NCBI GenBank assembly: GCA_963422375.2
Contig: CAXXKD010000001.1
Span: forward strand, 256,001-320,000
Direction: 5' to 3'
DNA from: Bryobacterales bacterium
GTDB lineage: Bacteria > Acidobacteriota > Terriglobia > Bryobacterales > UBA6623
DNA length: 64,000 bases
The first letter of the stretch is position 1. Each line of letters begins with the position of its first letter. The notes below the pieces were generated by a model. That model searched no databases. It was not told where the DNA came from and was given only the letters and a program-made list of their open reading frames with translations. Both the position numbers and the translations under genes were made by a program. Below are positions 50,859 to 61,006 of the stretch, piece by piece.

Positions 50859-50936
50859 GTCTGAGAAGGGTGTCGAAGGCCGACTGGCGCAGGCTGGCGC
50901 TCAACTCTTGCTTGCGGATCGTGTGAGTTAGGATCT

Positions 50937-51184
50937 ATGCCCCATTTTTGACTCGCTCCCGAGCGCCTTCCGCGAGACGGCCGACGGCCTGCCCGACCGT
51001 CGCACGGGCCGCAACATGCGGTACGCGGGCAGCGATGCTGCCGGTTGCGCCCTGGCCTGCCGCTTCACCCAGTGCGGGTCGTTCCTCGACTTCCAGCGGA
51101 GCATGGAGCAGGGCGGCTCCCGCTCCAACTGCCGGACCCTGTTCTACGTGGGCCGCATCCCCTGAGACAACCAAGTCCGCAATC
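50937..51184 (+). pseudogene. ISNCY-like transposase N-terminal fragment
   Basis: Manual translation LPDRRTGRNMRY...FTQCGSFLDFQRSMEQ...SNCRTLF...IP*DNQVRN, with an internal stop. Confidence 0.7.
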
Positions 51185-51576
51185 GAGCTTGGTGTCGGCC
51201 ATCACGCTGCCGGTGCGCACGGAAAAGCGCTTGCCGCAGCCGCGGCAACGGTACGGAATCGAGGGGTGGGCCGTGCCGGACTGCACGCTGGAGCCGCGGC
51301 TGCGGGGGCATACTGGACCGTCCGGCCAGCGCATGGAGGCGAACCACTTTTCCGCGGATTCGTCATCGGGGAACATGGCGATCACTGCAATCAAAGTGAT
51401 GCCTTTACAAAACTACTTCCCGGGACTTTTCTTCTTCATTGACGACCTCATATATTGGAGATATTCTACCAAAAAATCCCACCAATTGTCAACAGATATC
51501 CGGAAGAAATATAAATTAATTTATGGATTGATAACTTGCCAAATCGGTTGCCTCGACACTCAGATATATAATTCCC
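51185..51576 (-). mobile_element. Truncated IS1595 (one end plus Zn-finger region), related to the copy at 61007
   Basis: Same TIR core GGGAATTATATATCTGAGTG ending at 51576; FPDDESAEKWFASMRWPDGP shared with 61145..62101. Confidence 0.9.
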
Positions 51577-51589
51577 CTCGAAGAGGGCT

Positions 51590-52372
51590 TGGCATGGGAC
51601 ATGAGCCGCTGCCGGTAGCAGATCCTGGCGGGCGAGCTGGACGCGGAGGATCGCGTGACGGCCCTGCCCGCGCCGCCGCGCCACCTGCTCGAGACCGTGC
51701 GGATGGCGGCCTGCCGGGCCGAGACGGCCATGGCGGCCGTTGTCGCGCCCGGGCTGGCCAGGCCCGAGACGGCCCGCGAGCTGCTGCAGGCGCTGTTCCG
51801 CAGCGAGGCCGGCCTGCGCCCGCACCCGGCCGCGGGCACCCTCGCCGTGAGCCTGCTGCGCCAATCCGCTCGCGCCCGCGACGAAGCGCTCGGGCCGCTG
51901 ATCGAGGATATCAACCGCGCCCGGGCGGTGTTCCCCGGCACGGACCTGCGCTTGGCCTACGAGATCCTGCCCACCGCTCCGCCGCGCCCGGCGGGGGCCT
52001 GGCGCGTCAGGCGGGGCGCCGGAAGCGCGGGCTTTTCCGGCGCTCCGGGACGGCCGCCGGCCGCGTCCCGAGCCCGCCGCGGCGGGCTCCGCGGAGAGCT
52101 GCCGCGGCCGACGACGGCCCTCCACGGCGGTGATTGCACTGCTCCCGGCACCGGTGCCGGCCGGTCGGCGCGCAGACGCAGTCACCGGCGACACCGGTCT
52201 CCCGCTCGGTCGTGCCGGTATCAAGGCCCCGATCCACGCGTCCGCGTCTGCCCGCTCCAAGGCCGCCCACGAGTCCCTGCGGCCAGCCCATCGCCCCGGC
52301 CACACCGTCTCGCTCCGCTCCGACGCGAGCGTCTTGGACAACCTAAGACTGCCGACGTTCGGAATTCTGAGG
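51590..52372 (+). mobile_element. Relic with C-terminal fragment of an unclassified transposase
   Basis: VRMAACRAETAM...ARELLQALF...INRARAVFPGTDLRLAYE resembles a known putative-transposase C-terminus; boundaries approximate. Confidence 0.6.
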
Positions 52373-52664
52373 CTGTAGGTCGATAGGCGCCCGCCCCCCC
52401 GCTTGCTGCCCGTTGCGCCGCAACTCCCGGTAGATCGTCGCCCGTCTGCCCGGCGATCGCGGCCGCTCCCAGGCCCGCTCCCCGCAGCGTCTCGGTCCGG
52501 AAGCGCTCCTCCTTCGTCACGTGCGCGCTGCTCCTCGGCATGGGTCTCCCACTCCTCTCGGTGCATCTCAGCCTACTGTCGCGACACCACAGGTCGCTGC
52601 CCTTCCTCTCCCATCCCTTCCATCTTGTGGCTCGGCGGGTATCGCACTTCGGAGTTGATCGGGC
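52373..52664 (-). mobile_element. IS30-family end with N-terminal HTH fragment
   Basis: AHVTKEERFRTETLRGAGLGAAAIA from ATG 52541; TIR core TCAACTCCGAAGTGCGA shared with the element at 55394-56307. Confidence 0.75.
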
Positions 52665-53273
52665 GATGTGAATGCCTCGATTGCTATCCGGAAGGCCTTC
52701 ATTCCCTAGGTGAGCGAGTCCGGGCGACATGCAGGGCGCCCGTTGGCGAAGGCGACATTCGCGATCCCGCTCTCCCGATCAAGCGACGGACCTTGAAGCG
52801 CTGAAGGCTCGCTGCGAATCCGATCCGGGATGGTTCCTAGAGACCAACCGGAAGACTGCGCGGCCCACCCGCCGGGAAGCGCGGAGGCAGGCGCGACCGG
52901 GCCTCAGCTCCCGCCGTGCAGTCCGAGCGCGGGCGCGCTGGATCGTCCCGCGAGGTGCAGCATGAACGACGGACGCCCTGCGGAGGAGCCTTCGCTCCGC
53001 TTGCGACCGCGGCACTCCGCCGGTGCGTGCGGGACCGATCTGCTTCGCCGGAACTCACAGCGACCGCCCCGGCCCGCGAATGCGAAGCGGGGACCGCCAC
53101 GTGGCCCCATGGATCCGGTCTGCCCGACCAGCCCGGCCTCTCGCCGGCTGCCATCACCGGCTCGCTCCGCAGGCGGACGTGCCTGCGAGCAAGAGCCGGC
53201 TCGCCCGCCTGCGCTGCGCCGGTCGGCGCGGAACAGCGCCCGCGGGCCGGGCCGGCAAGGCTCCTGCCCGCGC

Positions 53274-54255
53274 TCAGTGGCGACCGAAGCGGGCGAGCAG
53301 GGCCTCGCCGCTCTCGCTCTGCAACACCCAGACCCCGACCTCGTCCAAAGCGGCGCTGTCGCGAACCCCCTGGAGCGTCGCCGCGAGCGAGCGCGAACAG
53401 CTCTCGCCGAAACGCACCCGGGTCAGCCTCACGAGCATCTCCACGCGGCCTTCCACGCGGCCTTCCACGCGGCCCTCCACGCGGCCTTTCGCTTCCAGTT
53501 CCCGGGCTATCCTGTCAACCGTATCTCGCAGCATCGCGGTGTCCTGCTCCTCTCCCGCCAGTCCGTCCAAGTCGTCCAGTGTCACCTGCGGAAAGCGGTG
53601 CGGCCAGATCTCCGCCTCCACCCAGCCGTCCAGGCTCTCCCTCGGCCCCGCCTCGTCCCGGCTGCGCAGGTAGCGCTCCTTGTGCGCCAGCGCCAGCACC
53701 AGCTGCTCCAAGGTCTCGCAGCGGTCGAGCTCGAACACCAGCGCAGCCCCGTTCTCGCTCGCCTTGGGTTCCGGGCCCCGCCAGTGCCGCACGTCCACCA
53801 GCGCGAAGCGCACCGCCAGCTGGAACGCCTTCAGCGCCTCCGGCACCTTGTAACCCAGCCCCGCCATCTCCAGCGGCCCGGCCCAGGGCTTCTTGCCGTT
53901 GTAGACCACCGTCGCCAGCACCGGCGGCAGCAGCCCGCGCCCCCGCACCTGTCCGCTCGCCAGCAGCCAGTTGTACAGCTGCAGCACGTATTCGGCGACG
54001 CGCAGCGGCATGCGGCGCTCGCTCTTCGACTGGAACTCCAGCATCAGGTACAGGTACAGCGCCCGCCCGCGCCAGGTCGCGCGCCAGATCAGGTCGTTGC
54101 GGCGCAGCCGCAGGTCGGCGGCCACGTGCTCGGTCGCCACCGGAGTCAGCGTCGACCGATCCAGGTGCCGCGCCCAGTCCGCCCCGCAGTAGGCCGTCAG
54201 CGGGTCGGCCATGATCGCCGGGGAGCCGAATGCCAGCTTATAGGACTCGTCGTGC
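53274..54255 (-). pseudogene. Rpn/YhgA-like PD-(D/E)XK nuclease, frameshifted at the 5' end
   Basis: NDLIW, LMLEFQS, MPLRVAEY, LPPVLATVVYNG and GRVE repeats. The conserved-looking HDESYKLAF start is out of frame with ORF 53274..54212. Confidence 0.85.
53440..53487 (-). repeat. 4 x 12-nt tandem repeat encoding GRVE
   Basis: TCCACGCGGCCT x4 (one variant) in the Rpn C-terminal region. Confidence 0.9.
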
Positions 54256-54694
54256 CTGCGCCTGCGCTTGCCGGCCGTCCCCGCGCATCGCCCTGCCGTC
54301 CCGTCCGGCCGCGACAGTCCGATTATGGCACGTGCGCCATGCGGCCGGAGGCCACCGCCCGGGCGGACCGAATCCTGCTGGCGGCCGTGCGGCGCGCCGG
54401 TCTGCGGCGAGAGCCGCGTGCCGGAGGTCGGATCGAATCGCGGGAATGCCGCGACTCCTTCCGGCGTTCAGCTGTTTCAACCGGGCCTCGGAGTTCCGTA
54501 CATGGGCCGGCTCGGAGTGTCCGCGGATCGGGGCCACGCGTCCCGTTCGAGCGGTTCGAGCGAAGGGCGGGGGAGCGTCGGGCCGGTCGGCAGGGGCTCG
54601 CAGGCCAAGCGCGGGCTGGTGCCGGGACCGACCGTCCGTGATCGGTCGAGCTCGGTGATCGGCGGTGCGGGCGCCTGGTCCCGGGCGGGGGGAA

Positions 54695-54845
54695 TGTACT
54701 GGCAATCGGGCTCCTTGAAGAAGCGATCCACCTTGTCAGTCAAGTCCCTTAGCGACTTGAATTCCGCCTCGAGAAGGCGCAACAGCTCGTCCTTGGTCTT
54801 GAAGCATTTCTAGCTCACCATCGGCTTCACATGCGACCATCCCAG
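54695..54845 (-). pseudogene. IS630-family transposase C-terminal fragment
   Basis: WSHVKPMVS*KCFKTKDELLRLLEAEFKSL...VDRFFKEPDCQY. Confidence 0.6.
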
Positions 54846-54859
54846 CTCAGCTGGGTGCA

Positions 54860-55287
54860 TCCGCACGAACATGTTGGCGGCGATCAGTCCGGACGGACAG
54901 CTGTTCTACATGCTCCATGACGGGAGCACGACTGCCGAGACGTTCTGCGAGTTCCTAGGAAGGATCTCAGCGGAAGTGCCGGGCCAGACGATCCATCTGG
55001 TGGCGGACGGCGTGAGAATCCACACGGCGAACAGACTGCGGGAGTTTCTTGAAGGCGAGCTACAACGAGGAAGGATCGAAGTTCGGATTCTGCCGGCGTA
55101 CTCGCCGGAATTGAACCCAGTGGAGACACTGTGGTCATAGGTATAGAGAAGATATTTCCAACAGATATTCAAGATAAGAGATGACCTGAAGAACACGTTA
55201 GCCGAGGCGCTGGAGCACCTGAAGCGGACACCGGAGCTGGTCATCGCGACCTTCAAGCAAGCTGAGTGCGCCTACATCCTGGGCTGA
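54860..55287 (+). pseudogene. IS630-family transposase DDE fragment
   Basis: MLAAISPDG, IHLVADG, LPAYSPELNPVETLWS followed by two in-frame TAG stops. Confidence 0.85.
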
Positions 55288-55393
55288 TCCGCGGAGAAGA
55301 CTTTTGACGAGTTCAGTAGAACCTCTGGTCTGCAGTAGCGGATCAATGGGAGAAAACGCCCATTTCCACCGCAGCAATGATCTGAGAAATTCC

Positions 55394-56307
55394 GCCCATT
55401 CAACTCCGAAGTGCGAGAAGAGGATAGGGTGGGGTGGACTGGGATGCTGGGCGATGCAAGCAAATCCAGCGGTGCCCGACAACCCGTTGCCGGGAAGACC
55501 TTCTCCGGCGTCCGCCCGCCACAGGTCGCGGGGAGGGTGAAGCTGGAGGGGGCGCTGGAGATCAGCCCGGAACGGATCTGCCAGCTGGTGCGCGAGAACC
55601 GGCGGCAGGGGGGCCGGCTGCACCGGCAACTCACGCAGGGCGGGCGAATGCGAGTCCGGCGGGCCGGTCGGTCGGGACGTGATCCCGCGGCGCGTGGACA
55701 AATAGCGGAGCGCCCGGCTGAGGCGACGGCGCGCGCGGGGGACTGGGTGGCGGACACGGTGATCGGCGGGAAGCACCGTGGGGCGCTGGTGCCCTTGGTG
55801 GGCCTACCTGCTGGTGAAGCCGGTTAGTCGCCGCACGGCGCAGCTCGTCGGGGCGGCGATGACGGCCATGCTCGGAGGGAGCGGGGCGGTGACGCGCACG
55901 ATCACGCCGGACAACGGCAGAGAGTTCGCGGAGCACCGGGAGGTGGCAGAGCGGCTGGGCGTGGGAGGCGCGGGACCGCCTGAACCGGCGTCCGCGGAAG
56001 GTGCCGGGCGGGCGCACGCCGGAGGAAGTCTTCCCGGCGGAGCGGGAGCCGCGGGGCTGAGGAAGGGCTGGCAGCGCGGCGGGCGGCCCGGTGCCAGGAC
56101 AGGGAGCGAGCCGAGCCCCGGGGACAGGGGCGCAGGGGAACTGCGCCCTGGCAGGCGCGGATTCGGCATTCCCGCCTGCCCGGGAACCGGAACCGCCTGT
56201 TTCGGCCGTGCAGCGGCTTGTCTGGCGCTGCTGGATCTGCCAGCATCGTCACGGCATTCCAGCCCACTGCGCCTTACCCTGTTGTCGCACTTCGGAGTTG
56301 AAACGTC
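55394..56307 (+). mobile_element. Internally deleted IS30-family element with both TIRs
   Basis: Inverted TTCAACTCCGAAGTGCGA at both ends; fragments ERPAEATARAGDWVADTVIG and TITPDNGREFAEH. Confidence 0.85.
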
Positions 56308-56609
56308 GGCCGGCCCCGGCTAGGCAGCGTTGTGAGCGAGCTAGCGGACCTATTGCGGACACGCTTGCGAGTGGCTCGAGACTGCGCCGGTCTCCAGTCA
56401 CGAAGACGTCGGCAGCTCGCGTCAGCTGCGCGCTGCGCCCGCGGCTTCCCGCCCCGTCCGCGAGGGCAGCCGTCCGGGTGCCGCGATCCCGGGGATTTGA
56501 TCGGAAGGGCCCGCCGAGCGTCGCGAGCCGACCTGTGTCGGGGTCTCGCGCCCGGCGTCGGCGCGGCCCGCTGTATCGACCGCAGTGCATCTGCTGTAGA
56601 TTAGATCGC

Positions 56610-57470
56610 GTGGGTGCAATCAAGCCATTTCTCCTCTCGGTCTGCAACGAGCTTTACGGAGATGCAGACTTCGCGGACTGCTGCAGGTCGATCCGGCGCG
56701 CTGGCTGGGACGGCATCGAGATCGCGCCGTTCACCCTGATGCAGGACGCGACACGCCTCCCGGCGTCCCGGCGCCGCGAGGTGCGCAACATCATCGCCTC
56801 GGAAGGACTCGACTTCGTGGGACTGCATTGGCTGACGGTCGGTCCCGAGGGCCTGCAGGTCACCACGCCGGACGCGACAGTCAGGCAGCGCAGCTGGGAC
56901 TACGTCCGCGGACTGATCTCGCTGTGTGCCGACCTGCGGCCCGCAGGCGCGACAGGCGGCGTGATGGTGTTCGGCTCGCCGGGTCAGCGCCGCGCCGTAG
57001 GCGGCCTGTCACCCGCGGAGGCCGAAGCGAACTACGTCGAGGGCGTGCGCTCGATCGTTGCGGACCTTGAGGCGGCCGGCGTGACTCTCTGCGTGGAGGC
57101 GCTCCCCATCGGCCAGTGCGACGTGATCATGACGCTGGACCGAGCGGCGGAAATCGTCGGCGAGATCGGCAGCCCGAACGTCCAGACGATGTTCGATTCC
57201 CACAACGCGATCGACGAACGGGAGCCGCACGCCAACTTGGTCGCGCGGCACTGGTCCAAGATTCGGCATATCCACGTCAACGAGCTGGACGGCAGCTACC
57301 CGCGCCCGGCGGGCGGCTACGACTTCAAGCCCGTGCTGCAGGTCGCCCGGGACCGCGCGTTCGCCGGATGGGTCTCGATGGAGGTGTTCGACTTCTCGCC
57401 CGGAGCGGAGCGGATCGTCAGCGAGTCCATCGCGTACCTGAGGGACGAGATCGCCCGGCTCGACGGGTGA
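56610..57470 (+). CDS. Sugar phosphate isomerase/epimerase (D-psicose/tagatose 3-epimerase-like TIM barrel)
   Basis: SVCNE, GIEIAPF, VGLHW, FGSP, FDSHN, HIHVNE, SMEVFDF; GTG start inferred. Confidence 0.88.
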   Translation: MGAIKPFLLSVCNELYGDADFADCCRSIRRAGWDGIEIAPFTLMQDATRLPASRRREVRNIIASEGLDFVGLHWLTVGPEGLQVTTPDATVRQRSWDYVRGLISLCADLRPAGATGGVMVFGSPGQRRAVGGLSPAEAEANYVEGVRSIVADLEAAGVTLCVEALPIGQCDVIMTLDRAAEIVGEIGSPNVQTMFDSHNAIDEREPHANLVARHWSKIRHIHVNELDGSYPRPAGGYDFKPVLQVARDRAFAGWVSMEVFDFSPGAERIVSESIAYLRDEIARLDG

Positions 57471-57490
57471 GTGCCGCGGCGCGGCGGCGC

Positions 57491-57979
57491 TCAGTAGACC
57501 GCGAACGCGAACACGGTGTTGCGTCCTTCGGGCGTCAGGCCGTACTCCCCCGCGGCCAGGCTGGCGCTGATGCGAATTCGCACCACGCGGGCCTCGATGC
57601 CGTCAATTTGCAGGAAATACGGCTCGGCTACCACCTTCTTCTTCCTGCGGTAGAGGAGCTCGCGCCGACCCTTGGTGACCTCAAAGCCGAACAGCCGCAG
57701 GTCGCGGGGATCGATATCGTTCGAGTCGAAGAGGAACTCCGGGGCGGCGAGCGGCGTCTTCACGGCCGCCGCGGGTCCGGCGAGCGTGTACCGCAGCTGG
57801 TTCTTCGCCTCCTCGGGCGTCGCCTCGGCGGCTTCGAGTTCACGGATCTCGCTGCCGTGAATCAGGTACGGAATGTCCTGCTTGGGCGGGTTGGGCAGTC
57901 CGAGTCGGTTGCTGCTGCCCTCTTCCTGACCCGACAGGGCGAGCGCGCACAGCGCGAAGGCGATCGCCAGTCGGAGCAT
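57491..57979 (-). CDS. Hypothetical secreted protein
   Basis: Signal peptide, GC3-biased codons, fits between its neighbours. Confidence 0.75.
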   Translation of the reverse strand: MLRLAIAFALCALALSGQEEGSSNRLGLPNPPKQDIPYLIHGSEIRELEAAEATPEEAKNQLRYTLAGPAAAVKTPLAAPEFLFDSNDIDPRDLRLFGFEVTKGRRELLYRRKKKVVAEPYFLQIDGIEARVVRIRISASLAAGEYGLTPEGRNTVFAFAVY

Positions 57980-58025
57980 AACGCCAAGAGTTTACCGTAG
58001 CGGGACTCGGCGTATCATTCTGGCC

Positions 58026-58481
58026 ATGACGATCCGACGGGCCGGTCCGGCCGATCTCGAGACGATAGTGGAGTTTAACGTCCTGCTGGCCGTTGAGTCC
58101 GAAGGCGTTACCCTCGACCGGGACCGCCTGCGCGCCGGTGTTTCAGCGTTGCTCGCGGACGAGTCGCTGGGCATGTACTTGCTAGCGGAGGAGAACGGGT
58201 CGGCGGCCGGGCAGCTGGCGCTGACCTACGAGTGGAGCGATTGGCGCAACGGCATGTTTTGGTGGCTGCAGAACGTCTACGTCCGGCCCCAGCGCCGCCG
58301 TCGAGGGGTCCTGCGGCAACTCTACGGCCAGGTGCTGCACATGGCGCGAGAGCGCGGCGTGTGCGGCGTGAGGCTCTACGTGGACCGGGAGAACCGCGCC
58401 GCGCAGCGGGCGTACAGGCGCCTCGGTCTAGACCTGTCCGTGTACCACATGTTCGAGGACGATTTCGTGCTCGCGCGCTAG
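58026..58481 (+). CDS. GNAT N-acetyltransferase
   Basis: TYEWSDWRNG, VYVRPQRRRRGV, LYVDREN. Confidence 0.9.
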   Translation: MTIRRAGPADLETIVEFNVLLAVESEGVTLDRDRLRAGVSALLADESLGMYLLAEENGSAAGQLALTYEWSDWRNGMFWWLQNVYVRPQRRRRGVLRQLYGQVLHMARERGVCGVRLYVDRENRAAQRAYRRLGLDLSVYHMFEDDFVLAR

Positions 58482-61006
58482 AGCCGCTCCGAGGGCCCGG
58501 CCCGATGCCGTGGGCCAGCCATCGCGCCGCGAGCAGGCGGGTCCCCGGCTGGGCCCGCTTCGCTCGGCTTCGTTGAACATCCGATCCGAGCTGTCCGAAA
58601 CGCCACGATTGCAAGAAATCGCCGCCCCGCGGCGGCGGATGTCGTGCTGGCCTCACGCCGGCAGCCTCCTGCGATGCCAGCGCGCCTCCCTCAGAAGTAG
58701 AGCTTCAGCCCGAGTTGCATCTCGCGATGGGAGTTCCCCGCGTTCACCACGCCGAAACCCGACTGGCCCACTTGGTCCCGCGGATTGTTCATTTCCGGCG
58801 TGTTGAAGCTGTTGAACGTCTCGAATCGGAATTGCATCCGCACCCGCTCGGCAATCGAGGTGTTCTTCGACAGCGCGATGTTGAAGATGTGCGGCGTGCC
58901 GGGACCCAGCGTGCCGGGCACCTTGCGCCCGGCGTTGCCGAGAGTGAACGGGGCGGGCGCCTCGAAGGCCGCTTCGTTGGTCCAGACGATCCTGCGGCGC
59001 CCTCCGGGCGCGGGCGCGCCGCGGCTCGGGTGGTTCGGGTCGCCGACGAGGTTGGCGTACAGCGTCGCGTCGGCGGCGTTGTCCCCCTTGACGTCGCGAG
59101 CCCCGTTCAAGACGGTCACGCCGAACGGCGAGCCGCTCTGGAACGTGTAGATTCCGGAGACCTGCCATCCGCCGGCCAGCTTGTCGGCGACCCCGCTGAG
59201 CGCGAAGCGCTTGCCCCTGCCGAACGGCAGCTCGTAGACCGGGCTGAAGACCATGCGTTGCGGCGCGTGGACAGCGACCACTCCGAGGCGAAGTCGTAGA
59301 TGTTCTGGAACCAGTCGTGGTTGCCCAGGCTCGCCGCGTTCTCGCCCACGAACGGCGCGTTGTCGTACCACCGCGAGAAGGTGTACAGGAAGATGTATCC
59401 CACTCCGCGGTTGAAGCGGCGCTCGGTCTTGAACGAGACGCCTTGGTAGTCGGACTTGAAGAAGTTGGGGTTGTTCATGCGGATCTGGCCGGTGCCTCCG
59501 TATTGCGTGAAGGGCTTGAGGATCCGCTGAGTCTGGCCGCCGTACTCGTTCAGGCCCACCCGGTGCAGGTTCTGCGGATGGATCTGGTTGAGATTCATGC
59601 GGCGCAGGTTGACCTTCTTGGCGAACTTCGCGTAGTAGCGCACCTCGAACAGCTGCTGGCCGACCTGGTGCTGGAACGTCAGGTTCCAGTCGAACGCATA
59701 CGGCGTGCGGTGGTTGATGTCCACGTAGTCGACGCGCCCCTGCACGAATTCCGTCCCGCGCGTCCCGAAGTTGTGGTTCAGCTCGGACGCGTCCGGAATC
59801 TGCAGGAATGTGGACGGCATCCCGTCCTTCAGCAGCGGCACCTGGCCGCCTCCGATGTTCCCGGCGCCGCCGAAGCCCTGGCTGCCGGTCTGCAGCACGT
59901 TCCCGTCGTAGTTCCCGCCGAACATGACCGCGAAACCGCCGCGGATGACCGTCTCGCTGCTGCCGCCGGGCTTGTGGGCGAACCCGAACCGCGGGCCGAA
60001 GTTGTTGCGGTCCGGCGGATCGGATTCCTGGGGTATCCGTCGCGGCCGGCGAAGAAGAACGCCCCGGTCTGTCCGCTGCGGATTCCGTTCGTCCCTGCCG
60101 CGGGCAGCGGCAGGCCGGGGTCCCATCCGGTGATGCGGTCGGCGACCTCGACGAAGGGTCCCTCGTACTCGTATCGCATTCCCAGGTTCAGCGTGAGCTG
60201 GCCGTTGACGCGCCAGTCGTTCTGGAAGAAGCCCGCCCAGTACGAGGAGCGGCGGCCGAAGGAAGGGTAAGCTTGGACGCGCGCCCGGTCGGCCTGGCCG
60301 AGCAGGAACGACGCTAGGTCCGCCCCGTGCCGGCGATCACGCTGCCGTCGGGACTCAGTCCGCGCGTGTCGGTGTTGGCGAAATCGAAGACGCTCGAAGC
60401 GGTCTGGTGTCCGAGCTCGCTGCCTGGGTACTTCCGGTAGTCGACGCCGAACTTGAAGGTCTGCGAGCCGCTGACCTTCGTGAAATGCGCCGTGTACTCG
60501 AAGTTCGTGAACGCGAACAGCCTCTGGTGGTTGCCGGCCTGGCCCAGGTTGGTGAAGCCCGGGTTGCCGCCGATGTTGAAGCGAGGGAACGCGTCCGGAC
60601 CGACCCCGGTCAATCCGATCTGCGACGCGAGATCCTCGTCGAGGTTGTGGCCTTGGACGTGGTTGCGGTAGCGGAATAATCCGCCCGTGCCGGTCATGAA
60701 GAAGGGCAGGTTGCTCACCCAGTTGCCTTCGTTGGACACGTCGACCGTGGCACGGTTCGCGTTGGGCACGAAGCCAATCACCTTCTGGGCCACGGGATCC
60801 AGGCGGTTGCTGGGAATGACGTTGTTTGCGAACTGGACCTCGCCCCCGCGGCCCCCGGCTGTCAGCGGATCGTAGACCCTGCGGATCTTCCCGTTGGACT
60901 GGAACACGGTGGAGAGGTCCCCGGCGCGCCAGGCCGGCAGTCCCACGCTGCGGACACGGAGGCCCTCGAGGTTCTGGATCGTGATGTCGTAGTTGTAGAA
61001 AAAGAA

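Noticed and set aside
53440..53487. Tandem repeat as a possible CRISPR array
   Set aside because: 12-nt units with no spacers, in-frame coding, and no cas genes
52830..54641. 603-aa + strand ORF with HAAF repeats
   Set aside because: Antisense of the Rpn gene; the repeats mirror the GRVE repeat
54800..55150. Three in-frame TAG codons in IS630 fragments suggesting stop-codon recoding
   Set aside because: Few cases in clearly truncated relics; TAG terminates many intact genes in the window, so decay is the simpler explanation
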